Positions 1 to 8,265 of a DNA stretch of 64,000 bases are shown here, in pieces. Every line of letters starts with the position of its first letter. Within the stretch, counting starts at the first letter, position 1. The DNA comes from a virus: the IMG/VR virus record IMGVR_UViG_3300032285_001177; one strand, written 5' to 3'. The position numbers were made by a program, and so were the translations under genes. The notes below the pieces were generated by a model. It worked only from the letters and a program-made list of their open reading frames with translations, was not told the DNA's origin and searched no databases.

Positions 1-278
1 GTTTCAAAGATAAACTTCCAATCAAGATCTGATTTGTCTCGATTGGCTTTACGCATCGCTTTATAATGAGGAAATACTGACTTACGCCAATAGTTAGGAC
101 CATCACATGCGATCACTACTTCACCATACTCCTTATACTTCTTCTTATAAGATTTAATGGTGGATAGCGTCGTATGACGGATCAGGTTCTTAATCTCCTC
201 AGGAGTTTGACGTTTGATGTCATTCTGAAAAGGTAAGATGTTACTCAGCGCGATTTGGCTGTAGTCGAGGATAATCAT
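1..278 (-). CDS. rnh: T4-like RNase H / 5'-3' exonuclease (N-terminal part; runs off the window)
   Basis: Manual translation from ATG at 278: MIILDYSQIALSNIL...VVIACDGPNYWRKSVFPHYKAMRK, typical of T4 RNase H. The start overlaps the upstream stop (TAATG). Confidence 0.9.
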   Translation of the reverse strand, partial: MIILDYSQIALSNILPFQNDIKRQTPEEIKNLIRHTTLSTIKSYKKKYKEYGEVVIACDGPNYWRKSVFPHYKAMRKANRDKSDLDWKFIFE

Positions 279-1375
279 TAAAATGCACCTAACAAAATTG
301 TTTCTTCATTGATACGGCCGTTTGGAGCCGTGGGTTTTGTAGTTAAAGCTTTTGCTGCTGTATTAAGGTTACGTTTACTTATAGACAAAGTCTTAAAGAA
401 CTTCTCAGGATCTCGTAGAGTCCATGACCATGATTTAGCTACACTATAGTTTACGATAGTTGTACCCTTAACAGTCAACGCATCCGAGTCATCTGCCACA
501 TACGCTACAAGCTTACGATATTTAATATTGTATGCCCATAGTTCCTTAGCACCAACGATGTCTGCTGGATTACATGACTTAAGGTTCAATAGATCATGCT
601 TAAACATATACTTAAGCTTCTTAACGATGACCGCTGGAGGTTTAGCCTTCATAACACGTGGCTTCTTAACTGTAACCTGATGCTGAGCACAATCATCTAC
701 GATAGATTGCAGTGCAGCTCGGAACTTCTTAAGTTCAGCTTTAGTTAAGAACGAATAGCCTTCAGCAAGTTGTTCGTCTTCGCCTTTAAGAGCTTCATCG
801 ACCTCGTCAATATTATTCTTATAGTACTCACCGATCTTGCGTGCTACCATACCAGAGATATTATTGGCTAAGAGATGTGCCTTAGTTGAGAATTCCCATT
901 GCTTAGAATGGATGAACTTATCGATAGCATAGTCGATCTCTTCAGATGCAGATCTTGCAGCTTCAATCACCCGCTTATCGATAGGGATCACAGGAGCTTT
1001 TGGCTTTTGTGGTTCATCGTCTTCTGGTTTGGCATCATACTTAATATAAAGTTCAATGATCTTGTCTTGTACCTTTTGTTTGTCTTGATCCGACATGTAC
1101 TCGCCCTTATTAAGGATAGTAACAAGAGATCCTAATGATAGGAACTCATAGTCAGGTGCCTTAGATAAGACATCATAGTACTTCTTATTAAGCTTTCTAA
1201 TATAAGCAAGAGCGACCTTAGCACGTTCGCTGTTATCCATATTAAGGTTATAATATCCTAAAGCAGTCATAAGAGTCGTACGATAGTTGTCTTGTGTTAC
1301 CACAGGAGCACCATCGCCTCGACCTTTAGCGATAGCTTTATCTTTCCATTCTTGAGTAGGTTTTTTAGTTTTCAT
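278..1375 (-). CDS. Hypothetical phage protein
   Basis: 365-aa ORF with its own promoter motif at 1382-1410, coupled to rnh. Confidence 0.7.
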   Translation of the reverse strand: MKTKKPTQEWKDKAIAKGRGDGAPVVTQDNYRTTLMTALGYYNLNMDNSERAKVALAYIRKLNKKYYDVLSKAPDYEFLSLGSLVTILNKGEYMSDQDKQKVQDKIIELYIKYDAKPEDDEPQKPKAPVIPIDKRVIEAARSASEEIDYAIDKFIHSKQWEFSTKAHLLANNISGMVARKIGEYYKNNIDEVDEALKGEDEQLAEGYSFLTKAELKKFRAALQSIVDDCAQHQVTVKKPRVMKAKPPAVIVKKLKYMFKHDLLNLKSCNPADIVGAKELWAYNIKYRKLVAYVADDSDALTVKGTTIVNYSVAKSWSWTLRDPEKFFKTLSISKRNLNTAAKALTTKPTAPNGRINEETILLGAF

Positions 1376-1381
1376 AATAAG

Positions 1382-1410
1382 ATCATACTATAATTAATAA
1401 TTAATGTACA
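1382..1410 (-). promoter_or_regulatory. Early-type promoter
   Basis: TGTACA-N17-TATGAT; copy of the motif recurring across the window. Confidence 0.7.
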
Positions 1411-1411
1411 A

Positions 1412-1669
1412 TTATTCAGCTTCTTGGTTGGTAACATTTTGATAGATGGTCTCAAACTCATCGTTTAAAGCCACTTCTTCGTTGAAGTTTTGGCGATGGT
1501 ATGTATTAGCCAACTTAGCTAATGTCTTTTTAGGGATCTTAAACTCATCGTATAGGTTCTTAAGAACTTCTTTGACAAAGTCTTTCTCAGCTTCTACACG
1601 TGTCATAGAGTCAGAGATCTCACCTAAGCAGCCTTTAATTTTCTTACGGTCTTCTTCAAGCAATTGCAT
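1412..1669 (-). CDS. dsbA: T4 DsbA-like dsDNA-binding protein
   Basis: 85 aa helical protein (EISDSMTRVEAEKDFVKE...LANTYHRQNF) near rnh, as in T4. Confidence 0.75.
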   Translation of the reverse strand: MQLLEEDRKKIKGCLGEISDSMTRVEAEKDFVKEVLKNLYDEFKIPKKTLAKLANTYHRQNFNEEVALNDEFETIYQNVTNQEAE

Positions 1670-1698
1670 ATATTACCTTTCACTGTTAAAATGTTTTA

Positions 1699-1775
1699 TG
1701 GTGGGCCCACTTGGGTTTGAACCAAGGACCAAAGGATTATGAGTCCTCTGCTCTGACCAACTGAGCTATAGGCCA
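1699..1775 (-). tRNA. tRNA with CAU anticodon, most likely tRNA-Ile2 (lysidine type)
   Basis: Cloverleaf TGGCCTATAGCTCAGTTGGTCAGAGCAGAGGACTCATAATCCTTTGGTCCTTGGTTCAAACCCAAGTGGGCCCACCA with encoded CCA. C4:G69/C5:G68 as in Ile2; lacks the three G:C anticodon-stem pairs of fMet. Confidence 0.85.
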
Positions 1776-1777
1776 GA

Positions 1778-1854
1778 TGGTATGCCTAATTGGATTCGAA
1801 CCAATGACCCCGAGCTTAGAAGGCTCGTGCTCTATCCAACTGAGCTATAGACAT
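1778..1854 (-). tRNA. tRNA-Arg(UCU)
   Basis: ATGTCTATAGCTCAGTTGGATAGAGCACGAGCCTTCTAAGCTCGGGGTCATTGGTTCGAATCCAATTAGGCATACCA; anticodon TCT, encoded CCA. Confidence 0.95.
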
Positions 1855-1960
1855 ATTAGTGTAGGACTCTGCCCGGTTGTACGACCGGTAACCCGCGGAA
1901 GCATGTAACCTAGGATATGTCCGCATATATGTATTAAGTGGCACAAAGCCCTACACTAAT
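1855..1960 (-). ncRNA. Putative structured non-coding RNA abutting tRNA-Arg
   Basis: 17-bp closing stem (1855-1871 with 1944-1960; two G:U pairs on the minus strand) enclosing two internal hairpins. Confidence 0.55.
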
Positions 1961-1961
1961 A

Positions 1962-2132
1962 TTACTCGTCGTAACCAGGACCCCAGAAGTGTGGATCCAT
2001 ACCACCCATTTGATTGAGCATCTCACGTTCGTCTTCAGACAAAGCATCCTCATCGATCGGATCTGGGACCGCATACATGCGGCCTTCTTTTTTGTCTTTA
2101 ACGTTATACTTGATGTTAGTTTTATTTTCCAT
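1962..2132 (-). CDS. Small hypothetical protein (56 aa)
   Basis: Manual translation MENKTNIKYNVKDKKEGRMYAVPDPIDEDALSEDEREMLNQMGGMDPHFWGPGYDE, directly downstream of the promoter at 2140-2168. Confidence 0.6.
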   Translation of the reverse strand: MENKTNIKYNVKDKKEGRMYAVPDPIDEDALSEDEREMLNQMGGMDPHFWGPGYDE

Positions 2133-2139
2133 AATGGTC

Positions 2140-2168
2140 ATTATACCCTAATAATGAATTAATGTACA
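2140..2168 (-). promoter_or_regulatory. Early-type promoter, probably also driving the ncRNA/tRNA cluster
   Basis: TGTACA-N17-TATAAT. Confidence 0.8.
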
Positions 2169-2171
2169 TGC

Positions 2172-2579
2172 CTACCACCAACTATTGTAGTAAACACTGT
2201 CGCCTCGTTTAAAGGCTTCACGAGCTAACCTGATGAACTCAACGTCTTTGTCATAGTCATCGTTATCGAAGCGTGAATCATGACCAAAGAAGAACCCTGA
2301 AGTTTCAGGTAGTGCCTGATCCATAACTAGCTTCTCGATCATGTCAACATCTTCGACGGTTAACTCGAGCTCAATGCAGTTGAAGTCAATGTCCTTAATA
2401 GAACGACCTTCGCGAAGCTCAAAGCCTTCTGGCACTGGGCGGCCTTTAGATTCCCAGATCTGATTCATCAGACCATGCATAGCGTTATGCTTGCGCCAGT
2501 ACATAAGCTCATGATCTTGCTCGTGCGTATCTAGCGTTGTGTTCTTAGCTCTTGAATAAGCTGTCATATCTAAACCCAT
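2172..2579 (-). CDS. Hypothetical phage protein (MGLDM...YWRK.N...YYNSWW type)
   Basis: 135-aa ORF; motif pattern common in phage early proteins. Confidence 0.7.
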   Translation of the reverse strand: MGLDMTAYSRAKNTTLDTHEQDHELMYWRKHNAMHGLMNQIWESKGRPVPEGFELREGRSIKDIDFNCIELELTVEDVDMIEKLVMDQALPETSGFFFGHDSRFDNDDYDKDVEFIRLAREAFKRGDSVYYNSWW

Positions 2580-2581
2580 AA

Positions 2582-2854
2582 TTAAGCTGCCTTTCTTTCT
2601 TCGTTCATAAGACCAAACATGATTGCTTTGGCACAGTTGATGTATTGACGAGCTTGATTAGCTGTCTTAGGACTTACCCATCCTTGATCATTAAATTCAG
2701 GATCCATGATAGTTTGAGCATCGCTTAACATACCAGCTGCAAACATCATCTCTGTACCTGGAAAAGCTTGTTGCTTAACCATCGCCATAAGTTGAGCTTT
2801 GCTCATACCGTATGCTTGTAATTCCCAATCTAACTGCTCTTTATTTGTTTTCAT
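2582..2854 (-). CDS. Hypothetical early protein
   Basis: Start placed at MKTNK (2854), after a GGAGAG RBS and the promoter at 2886-2914. Confidence 0.65.
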   Translation of the reverse strand: MKTNKEQLDWELQAYGMSKAQLMAMVKQQAFPGTEMMFAAGMLSDAQTIMDPEFNDQGWVSPKTANQARQYINCAKAIMFGLMNEERKAA

Positions 2855-2885
2855 AATTCTCTCCGTTGTTTGATTTAATATAACC

Positions 2886-2998
2886 ATTATACCCGAAAGT
2901 GCATTTAATGTACATAGGGCCCCCTAAAATAAATACAAAATAAAAAAGCTATATAAATCATAGACTTATATAGCTTAGGGTATTGCAAGTTATTGATT
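2886..2998 (-). promoter_or_regulatory. Early promoter with paired IHF-like sites
   Basis: TGTACA-N17-TATAAT at 2886-2914; WATCAANNNNTTR matches at 2986-2998 (exact) and 2956-2968 (one mismatch, opposite orientation). Confidence 0.7.
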
Positions 2999-3006
2999 AT
3001 ATTAGA

Positions 3007-5019
3007 CTATTTGGAGGTAGCCCTATATACGCCGTCCCATTCAGGGGGTAGGCCCTCCCGGATGCGCTCCAGCATCTTTTCATAGTAGTCACTAATGGTT
3101 ACATCGTCCCCCAGTGCCAAGAGCTCCTGGAGCCACCCCTCAGCTCTGGACCAGTTTCCTCTATAATACTCTTTGAGGAACTCATCATGCATATAACCCT
3201 GAGTCTTGCCAATCGTATACACCTTCACACCCTGAGTCTTTCCTTTAACCGCTATAGTATCCATCTCAACTACTGGGTATGTGTCTTTGACGAGCTCTGC
3301 TGTGCGTTGACCAAGGACGATTCGAACTCCATAATTCTTTGATTGGCCTTCAAGACGGCTTGCGAGGTTGACTGAGTCACCGAGGCAGGTATAGTCAAAA
3401 CGCTGCTCACTGCCCATATTACCCACAACGACGACCCCGGTATTAACACCCAGGCCCATACCAAAAGGAGGAATACCTTCTTTAGTAATCTCTTCATTGA
3501 ATCTATCCAAGTCATCTAACATCTCCAATCCTGTTTTAACTGCATTGATAGCATGATCTTTGTCATCCAATGGTGCATTCCAAAAAGCCATCTGCGCATC
3601 ACCGATGTACTTATCAAGTGTACCGTTGTTGTCTATGATCTTACGAGTCATAGCTGTCATGTAACGGTTCATAATCTTAGTTAGACCTTGTACATCTGCT
3701 CCATAGTGTTCAGAGATGGTAGTAAAGCCACGAACGTCTGTAAACATTATGCTTAGCTCGCGACTATCACCACCAAGTTGTAGCAGATCTGGGTTCTTTT
3801 GTAACTTCTCAACCATTGCTGGTGATAGGTATGTCCCAAATTGTTTCTTTATCCTAAGCTTTGCGTTAAGCTCGGTGATAAATTTGACAGTATAGGCATG
3901 AGCGTATACCACAGAAAGGATAATAATAGGGAAGAGAACATCAATAAGATAGCCGTAGTGAGTGAATATCGCGCTACCCACACTATAAAGACCGCCCAAA
4001 ATACCAAGAATAAGAATAATTCCATACTTCCACCTTGTTAATAAGATTAATACGATTGATAAGATGATGGTCGCAAGTACTTCTGCACCATCTGCCCAAT
4101 CAGGTCGCGATATGACTGTGCCTGATGTGAGTGTGTCTAGAACGTTCGCTTGAACGTAATGAGGAAAGAGTCCACCTCGAGGGGTTGCAACTGGGTTGTT
4201 GAGCCCACGGGCTGTGAGGCCAACGATGACGATACCTCCATCAAACGATTTGGGGAGGTCCACAAGAGAGTGTTGAATTGGACTCGCGCTCCAGTCAATC
4301 CAGATACGACCGATACTGTCGGTTTGGATCTTGGCGAATTTAGGGATGCGAACAGCTTCGATTCCTCTATCGGAAGATTTAACTTGGAAACTTGGGTCTC
4401 CGACTGCGACACGCAAAGTTTCGAGAGTAATACTTGGGTAGAGCAAGCCTCCGCTTGATACGACCATAGGGATACGGCGAGTAACACCATCAATTTCGGG
4501 TAAGACATTTACGACTCCTATTCCAGCAGCGCTGTTGTTAAATAATGATATATTAGGTTGGATACCAGGATAATCTACAGTGAAGTCATGTGCTGGTGAT
4601 CCGATCTCACTGACTCCAGGTCTAAATGCAAGTGCTTTTTGTTTCTGATCTGTTGCTACCTGAGGTAAGACGACAGGGTGTCTAGCAAGACTATCAGCCA
4701 AGTTGGCATCGCGTCCAAAGCGATCAGTGTCAGGCATAAAAAGATTAAAAACAACAAGACCAGCATTGCGTTGGTAAAGGTCCTCGATAATGTTTGCATA
4801 TTGGCTCCTTGGAAATGGAAATTGACCAAGTCTTTCAATTGATGCATCATCGATGTTTACGACATGGACTTGTTTAGATTGTACTACGGGTTTACTTGTA
4901 ATCAGTGTATCAAAGTATCTTAACCTAACTGACTGTACAAATGATGGATCAGTTGCTCTAACTCCTATTAATAAGGCTAAAGTTAATAGAGCAAACCATG
5001 GTGATAATAGTCTTTTCAT
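3007..5019 (-). CDS. CHASE2-domain membrane class III adenylate cyclase
   Basis: N-terminal TM; CHASE2 motifs (VNIDDASI..GQFPFPR, DGVTRR); three TMs; catalytic domain FTDVRGFT, DKYIGDA (Lys, ATP-type), FDYTCLGDSVNLASRLEG. Confidence 0.93.
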   Translation of the reverse strand: MKRLLSPWFALLTLALLIGVRATDPSFVQSVRLRYFDTLITSKPVVQSKQVHVVNIDDASIERLGQFPFPRSQYANIIEDLYQRNAGLVVFNLFMPDTDRFGRDANLADSLARHPVVLPQVATDQKQKALAFRPGVSEIGSPAHDFTVDYPGIQPNISLFNNSAAGIGVVNVLPEIDGVTRRIPMVVSSGGLLYPSITLETLRVAVGDPSFQVKSSDRGIEAVRIPKFAKIQTDSIGRIWIDWSASPIQHSLVDLPKSFDGGIVIVGLTARGLNNPVATPRGGLFPHYVQANVLDTLTSGTVISRPDWADGAEVLATIILSIVLILLTRWKYGIILILGILGGLYSVGSAIFTHYGYLIDVLFPIIILSVVYAHAYTVKFITELNAKLRIKKQFGTYLSPAMVEKLQKNPDLLQLGGDSRELSIMFTDVRGFTTISEHYGADVQGLTKIMNRYMTAMTRKIIDNNGTLDKYIGDAQMAFWNAPLDDKDHAINAVKTGLEMLDDLDRFNEEITKEGIPPFGMGLGVNTGVVVVGNMGSEQRFDYTCLGDSVNLASRLEGQSKNYGVRIVLGQRTAELVKDTYPVVEMDTIAVKGKTQGVKVYTIGKTQGYMHDEFLKEYYRGNWSRAEGWLQELLALGDDVTISDYYEKMLERIREGLPPEWDGVYRATSK

Positions 5020-5147
5020 TGGATAACTTGTGTCTTCTTATGTTGTAAACTTTTCTTTAGTGATTTAAGCCAAAGCTTCTTTTGTTTCTTTTTTTGATGT
5101 CTAACGCATGCTAGATACATCTTACGAATTAATTTTTTAACTTTCAT
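5016..5147 (-). CDS. Small highly basic peptide (43 aa)
   Basis: MKVKKLIRKMYLACVRHQKKKQKKLWLKSLKKSLQHKKTQVIQ; ATGA overlaps with both neighbours. Confidence 0.6.
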   Translation of the reverse strand: MKVKKLIRKMYLACVRHQKKKQKKLWLKSLKKSLQHKKTQVIQ

Positions 5148-5890
5148 TTTATCTTGTTCCAGTAAATTATCTTCCACTCACCCTCGTGAGTCTCGACCAA
5201 TGCTGAGCATGATTCTACCCAGTCCCCGTCATTCATATAGATAATATCACGTATTACTTTGATCTCAGGAGTATGTATATGACCACATATAACTCCATCA
5301 TAACCTTTCTTTTCACAGTAATCGGTTATGGTCTCTTCAAACTTAAACACAAAGCCTACAGCTTTCTTAACGTTTCGTTTAAGGAAACGGCTTAGTGACC
5401 AATAACTAAATCCTAATCTATGTCTTATATAGTTAAACTTAGTGTTTACCCATAATACAAAGTCATAGGCATGATCACCTAATACAGAGATCCACTTTGC
5501 CATACGAGTGATACCATCAAACATATCACCATGTGTTATAAGGAACCTACGACCATTCAAGTCTGTATACTCAGCTTGGTTACATAAGACTATGTTCTTA
5601 CCAAGCGAGAAGTAATTTACGAATGGTCTAAGGAACTCATCATGGTTTCCAGTAACATAAACAACCCTAGTCCCGCGTTTACTAAACCCTAAGATCTTAC
5701 GTATAACATTGGTATGGCTTTGCTTCCATCTCCATTTGTTTAGATGGATCTTCCAACCATCAATGATGTCACCTATAAGGAATAGGTTCTCACAATCGTT
5801 ATGCTTAAGGAAATTATTAAGCAGATCAGCCTTAGCTTCACCAGCCCCCAAGTGTGTATCTGATATACAAATGGTCTTATACTTTTTCAT
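5144..5890 (-). CDS. Calcineurin-like metallophosphoesterase, LpxH2/PlcP-like
   Basis: SDTHLG, GDIIDGW, GNHDE, HGD, CGHIH and NDGDWVES motifs. Confidence 0.85.
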   Translation of the reverse strand: MKKYKTICISDTHLGAGEAKADLLNNFLKHNDCENLFLIGDIIDGWKIHLNKWRWKQSHTNVIRKILGFSKRGTRVVYVTGNHDEFLRPFVNYFSLGKNIVLCNQAEYTDLNGRRFLITHGDMFDGITRMAKWISVLGDHAYDFVLWVNTKFNYIRHRLGFSYWSLSRFLKRNVKKAVGFVFKFEETITDYCEKKGYDGVICGHIHTPEIKVIRDIIYMNDGDWVESCSALVETHEGEWKIIYWNKIK

Positions 5891-5918
5891 TATATCCCAA
5901 TATTCAATTAAAGTAAAA

Positions 5919-6575
5919 TTAATTAATCTCTATAGCTGGGAATTCGCTCTTGTCAAATGCATGCGTTTCAATATATGCAGCTTCAGCTTCTTTACCTATC
6001 CATGGAGTTCCTGGTGGCAGATCTAATACTGTACGAGATACATCAATGATGAATATTAAACGCTTCTCATTTGTATTATTCCATGCGCTATGTAGCTTTT
6101 GGTTGTCAAAAGCAAATATATCATCCCATGTTACCTCTTCACTATCTACTTCAAACCCAATATCTCCTTCAGGTACTAATAGTGGAATGTGTATACGAAC
6201 CATCTTAGCTTCACGGTTTTCTATACCTGAATGTCTACGTATAACAGAGTTAGCATCAAACACGGCATAAGATGCACAGTTACAATCATCTCCATACTTT
6301 TCTACCAAAGCTGCAGCTGTTGGGAATTTAATCTTGGCTGCTTGACCTGCTAGTACAGCTGCAGCTTTAATCTCGTCAGATGATCCATCAAACTCATACT
6401 TAACACAATAGTTTACCCAACTGTCAGGTCTTGGATATTGGTTTCCGATATAGGTGTATCCACCTTCACCTTCATAGTTTGGATGCGCTGCAAAGAACTC
6501 ATCCTTTAATGCTTGTTGTATAGACTTAAGCTCATCGTATATCTTAAGTTCTCTTCCACGCCAAATGTTTTGCAT
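5919..6575 (-). CDS. Aspartyl/asparaginyl beta-hydroxylase-family 2OG-Fe(II) oxygenase
   Basis: IRRHSG...RIHIPL...FDNQKLHSAWN..RLIFIID. Confidence 0.8.
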   Translation of the reverse strand: MQNIWRGRELKIYDELKSIQQALKDEFFAAHPNYEGEGGYTYIGNQYPRPDSWVNYCVKYEFDGSSDEIKAAAVLAGQAAKIKFPTAAALVEKYGDDCNCASYAVFDANSVIRRHSGIENREAKMVRIHIPLLVPEGDIGFEVDSEEVTWDDIFAFDNQKLHSAWNNTNEKRLIFIIDVSRTVLDLPPGTPWIGKEAEAAYIETHAFDKSEFPAIEIN

Positions 6576-6576
6576 A

Positions 6577-7644
6577 TTAATTGCCCCTCTGATTAATCGT
6601 TATAGTATTCGTAGTGCTATCCTTTGACTGCACCGTTGTAGATGATCCGCCTTGATTAATATTTATTAGATATCCAGTGTCTTTATTTATTAATATCGTG
6701 GCATTTTGATTGTTCTTTGGCCTATTAACTACATAGTGAGATGTCTTATCGAATATGTAAGTTCCAGTCAATGCATTGTATCCGGTTTGGAATGCTGTTA
6801 GTAGTTGGTTATCAAACGCATTAGTTAGGTTCTCTCCATCGAGAAAGTTGATGTCTAGTTCTGCAAAGTCTTTGTACGGATCTTTATATACTTTAGCATC
6901 TAATAGGTTTGTATCCAGCCCATTAAAATCCAATGAAGATCCAGACTTATCTTTGATCTCTTCTGTAATCTGCTTAAGCACTTCTTTTGGAGGCTTAACG
7001 ATAAGCATGTTATCGATAGCTGACTCTGATAATAACAATGTTACTGGTTTGGATGGTTTAACTTCTGAGGATGAAGTAGTTGTAGCTTGGAATGCTTGGT
7101 TGAGTGTTACTGTACCGACTGCGGTGATGACATCGATCATGCCAACTGATCCGTCTTTGTTGGGAAGTAAGATGATGAGTGACTTTCCCACCTCGTCAAC
7201 CGTCATAGTAAAAGCAGTACCACGTACAGCCACAGTTGCGGTAGGTGTATTGATAGCCACATTTTTATTGTTCTCATGAGCGATATTACCTGATGCATAT
7301 CGTACTGTGCCCATAGCTACCTTAAGAGCTAGCTTACCAGCACCCTTATTTTTTGGATCATAGACGAAGTCATCTATGAGTAGTTTTGAATTCTCGGTTA
7401 CACGAACCTGTGTGTTGTCTTCAAAAGTAATACCGACCACACCTGCACCGGTCTGTACTAAATCATTTGAATCTATAGGGGATTTGGGTTTGGCATCCAC
7501 CGACGCCTTATTGTGCGTGATGGATGCATTCCCTTTTTGCTCAGTTACTGAACCAATTGCTGCTTGACTAGTGTTGTGTAACAGTAATAGCAGAGTTAGA
7601 ACCAGTAAGGTTGATAACCGCGCTATTTGCAATTGTGTTGCCAT
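6577..7644 (-). CDS. Exported FecR-domain protein
   Basis: Signal peptide, then IG.V...ITFEDNTQVRVTENSKLLIDDF...INTPTATVAVRGTAF (FecR domain). The signal peptide overlaps the curlin-like gene. Confidence 0.85.
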   Translation of the reverse strand: MATQLQIARLSTLLVLTLLLLLHNTSQAAIGSVTEQKGNASITHNKASVDAKPKSPIDSNDLVQTGAGVVGITFEDNTQVRVTENSKLLIDDFVYDPKNKGAGKLALKVAMGTVRYASGNIAHENNKNVAINTPTATVAVRGTAFTMTVDEVGKSLIILLPNKDGSVGMIDVITAVGTVTLNQAFQATTTSSSEVKPSKPVTLLLSESAIDNMLIVKPPKEVLKQITEEIKDKSGSSLDFNGLDTNLLDAKVYKDPYKDFAELDINFLDGENLTNAFDNQLLTAFQTGYNALTGTYIFDKTSHYVVNRPKNNQNATILINKDTGYLININQGGSSTTVQSKDSTTNTITINQRGN

Positions 7645-8263
7645 CTTGACTCACAGTGATATTATTATTATCGCCAATTACATTAGTATTGATATTATGA
7701 CCACCACCAGCTAGTGTACCAAAACCAGTTTGTGTAGTAATCACTTTATTTAGATCACCGGCTAAACTAAAGTTATTAGTGGTATAAGCACTGTTAACTG
7801 TGCTTGTAACAGTATTAGTGTCACCAGTTATGTCTAAGTTATAAATGTAATTACTTGAGTTACGTAATGTACCGATGTTTAAGATAGAACTGTTGTTCGA
7901 ACCATTGAATGTGATACCCAATGAACCAGAACTTGTACCAAAGTTACCATAGTTTAATAATGTAGAGTTGCTGTTACCAATTTGACTAATAGTAGCTGTT
8001 GAGTTACCACCAATAAAATTACCTAAGATGCTGTTGTTCATACCATCTTGTGTAATAGTCAAGAACATACTGTTACCATCAATTACAAATGGATCACCTG
8101 TTGTAGTGTTTGCACTTCCAACGTTGTTGTTAGAACCAGTTTGCGTAATAGTTACAGCTGATTGATCAGCATTTGTCTGATCTATATAGACTGAGTTGCC
8201 TCCGTCTGCCAATGCACTGCCTGCCAATAATAAACCCATCACGAGAGTGGTGGATCTTTTCAT
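7568..8263 (-). CDS. Curlin-like (CsgA/CsgB-like) secreted repeat protein
   Basis: Signal peptide; Asn/Gly/Thr/Ser-rich with repeats ITQTGSNN, ITQDGMNN, ISQIGNSN, VSQDG; next to csgG and csgF. Confidence 0.75.
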   Translation of the reverse strand: MKRSTTLVMGLLLAGSALADGGNSVYIDQTNADQSAVTITQTGSNNNVGSANTTTGDPFVIDGNSMFLTITQDGMNNSILGNFIGGNSTATISQIGNSNSTLLNYGNFGTSSGSLGITFNGSNNSSILNIGTLRNSSNYIYNLDITGDTNTVTSTVNSAYTTNNFSLAGDLNKVITTQTGFGTLAGGGHNINTNVIGDNNNITVSQDGNTIANSAVINLTGSNSAITVTQH

Positions 8264-8265
8264 TG

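Noticed and set aside
1699-1775. Initiator tRNA-fMet
   Set aside because: It lacks the GGG/CCC anticodon stem and the C1:A72 pair; acceptor-stem determinants fit Ile2.
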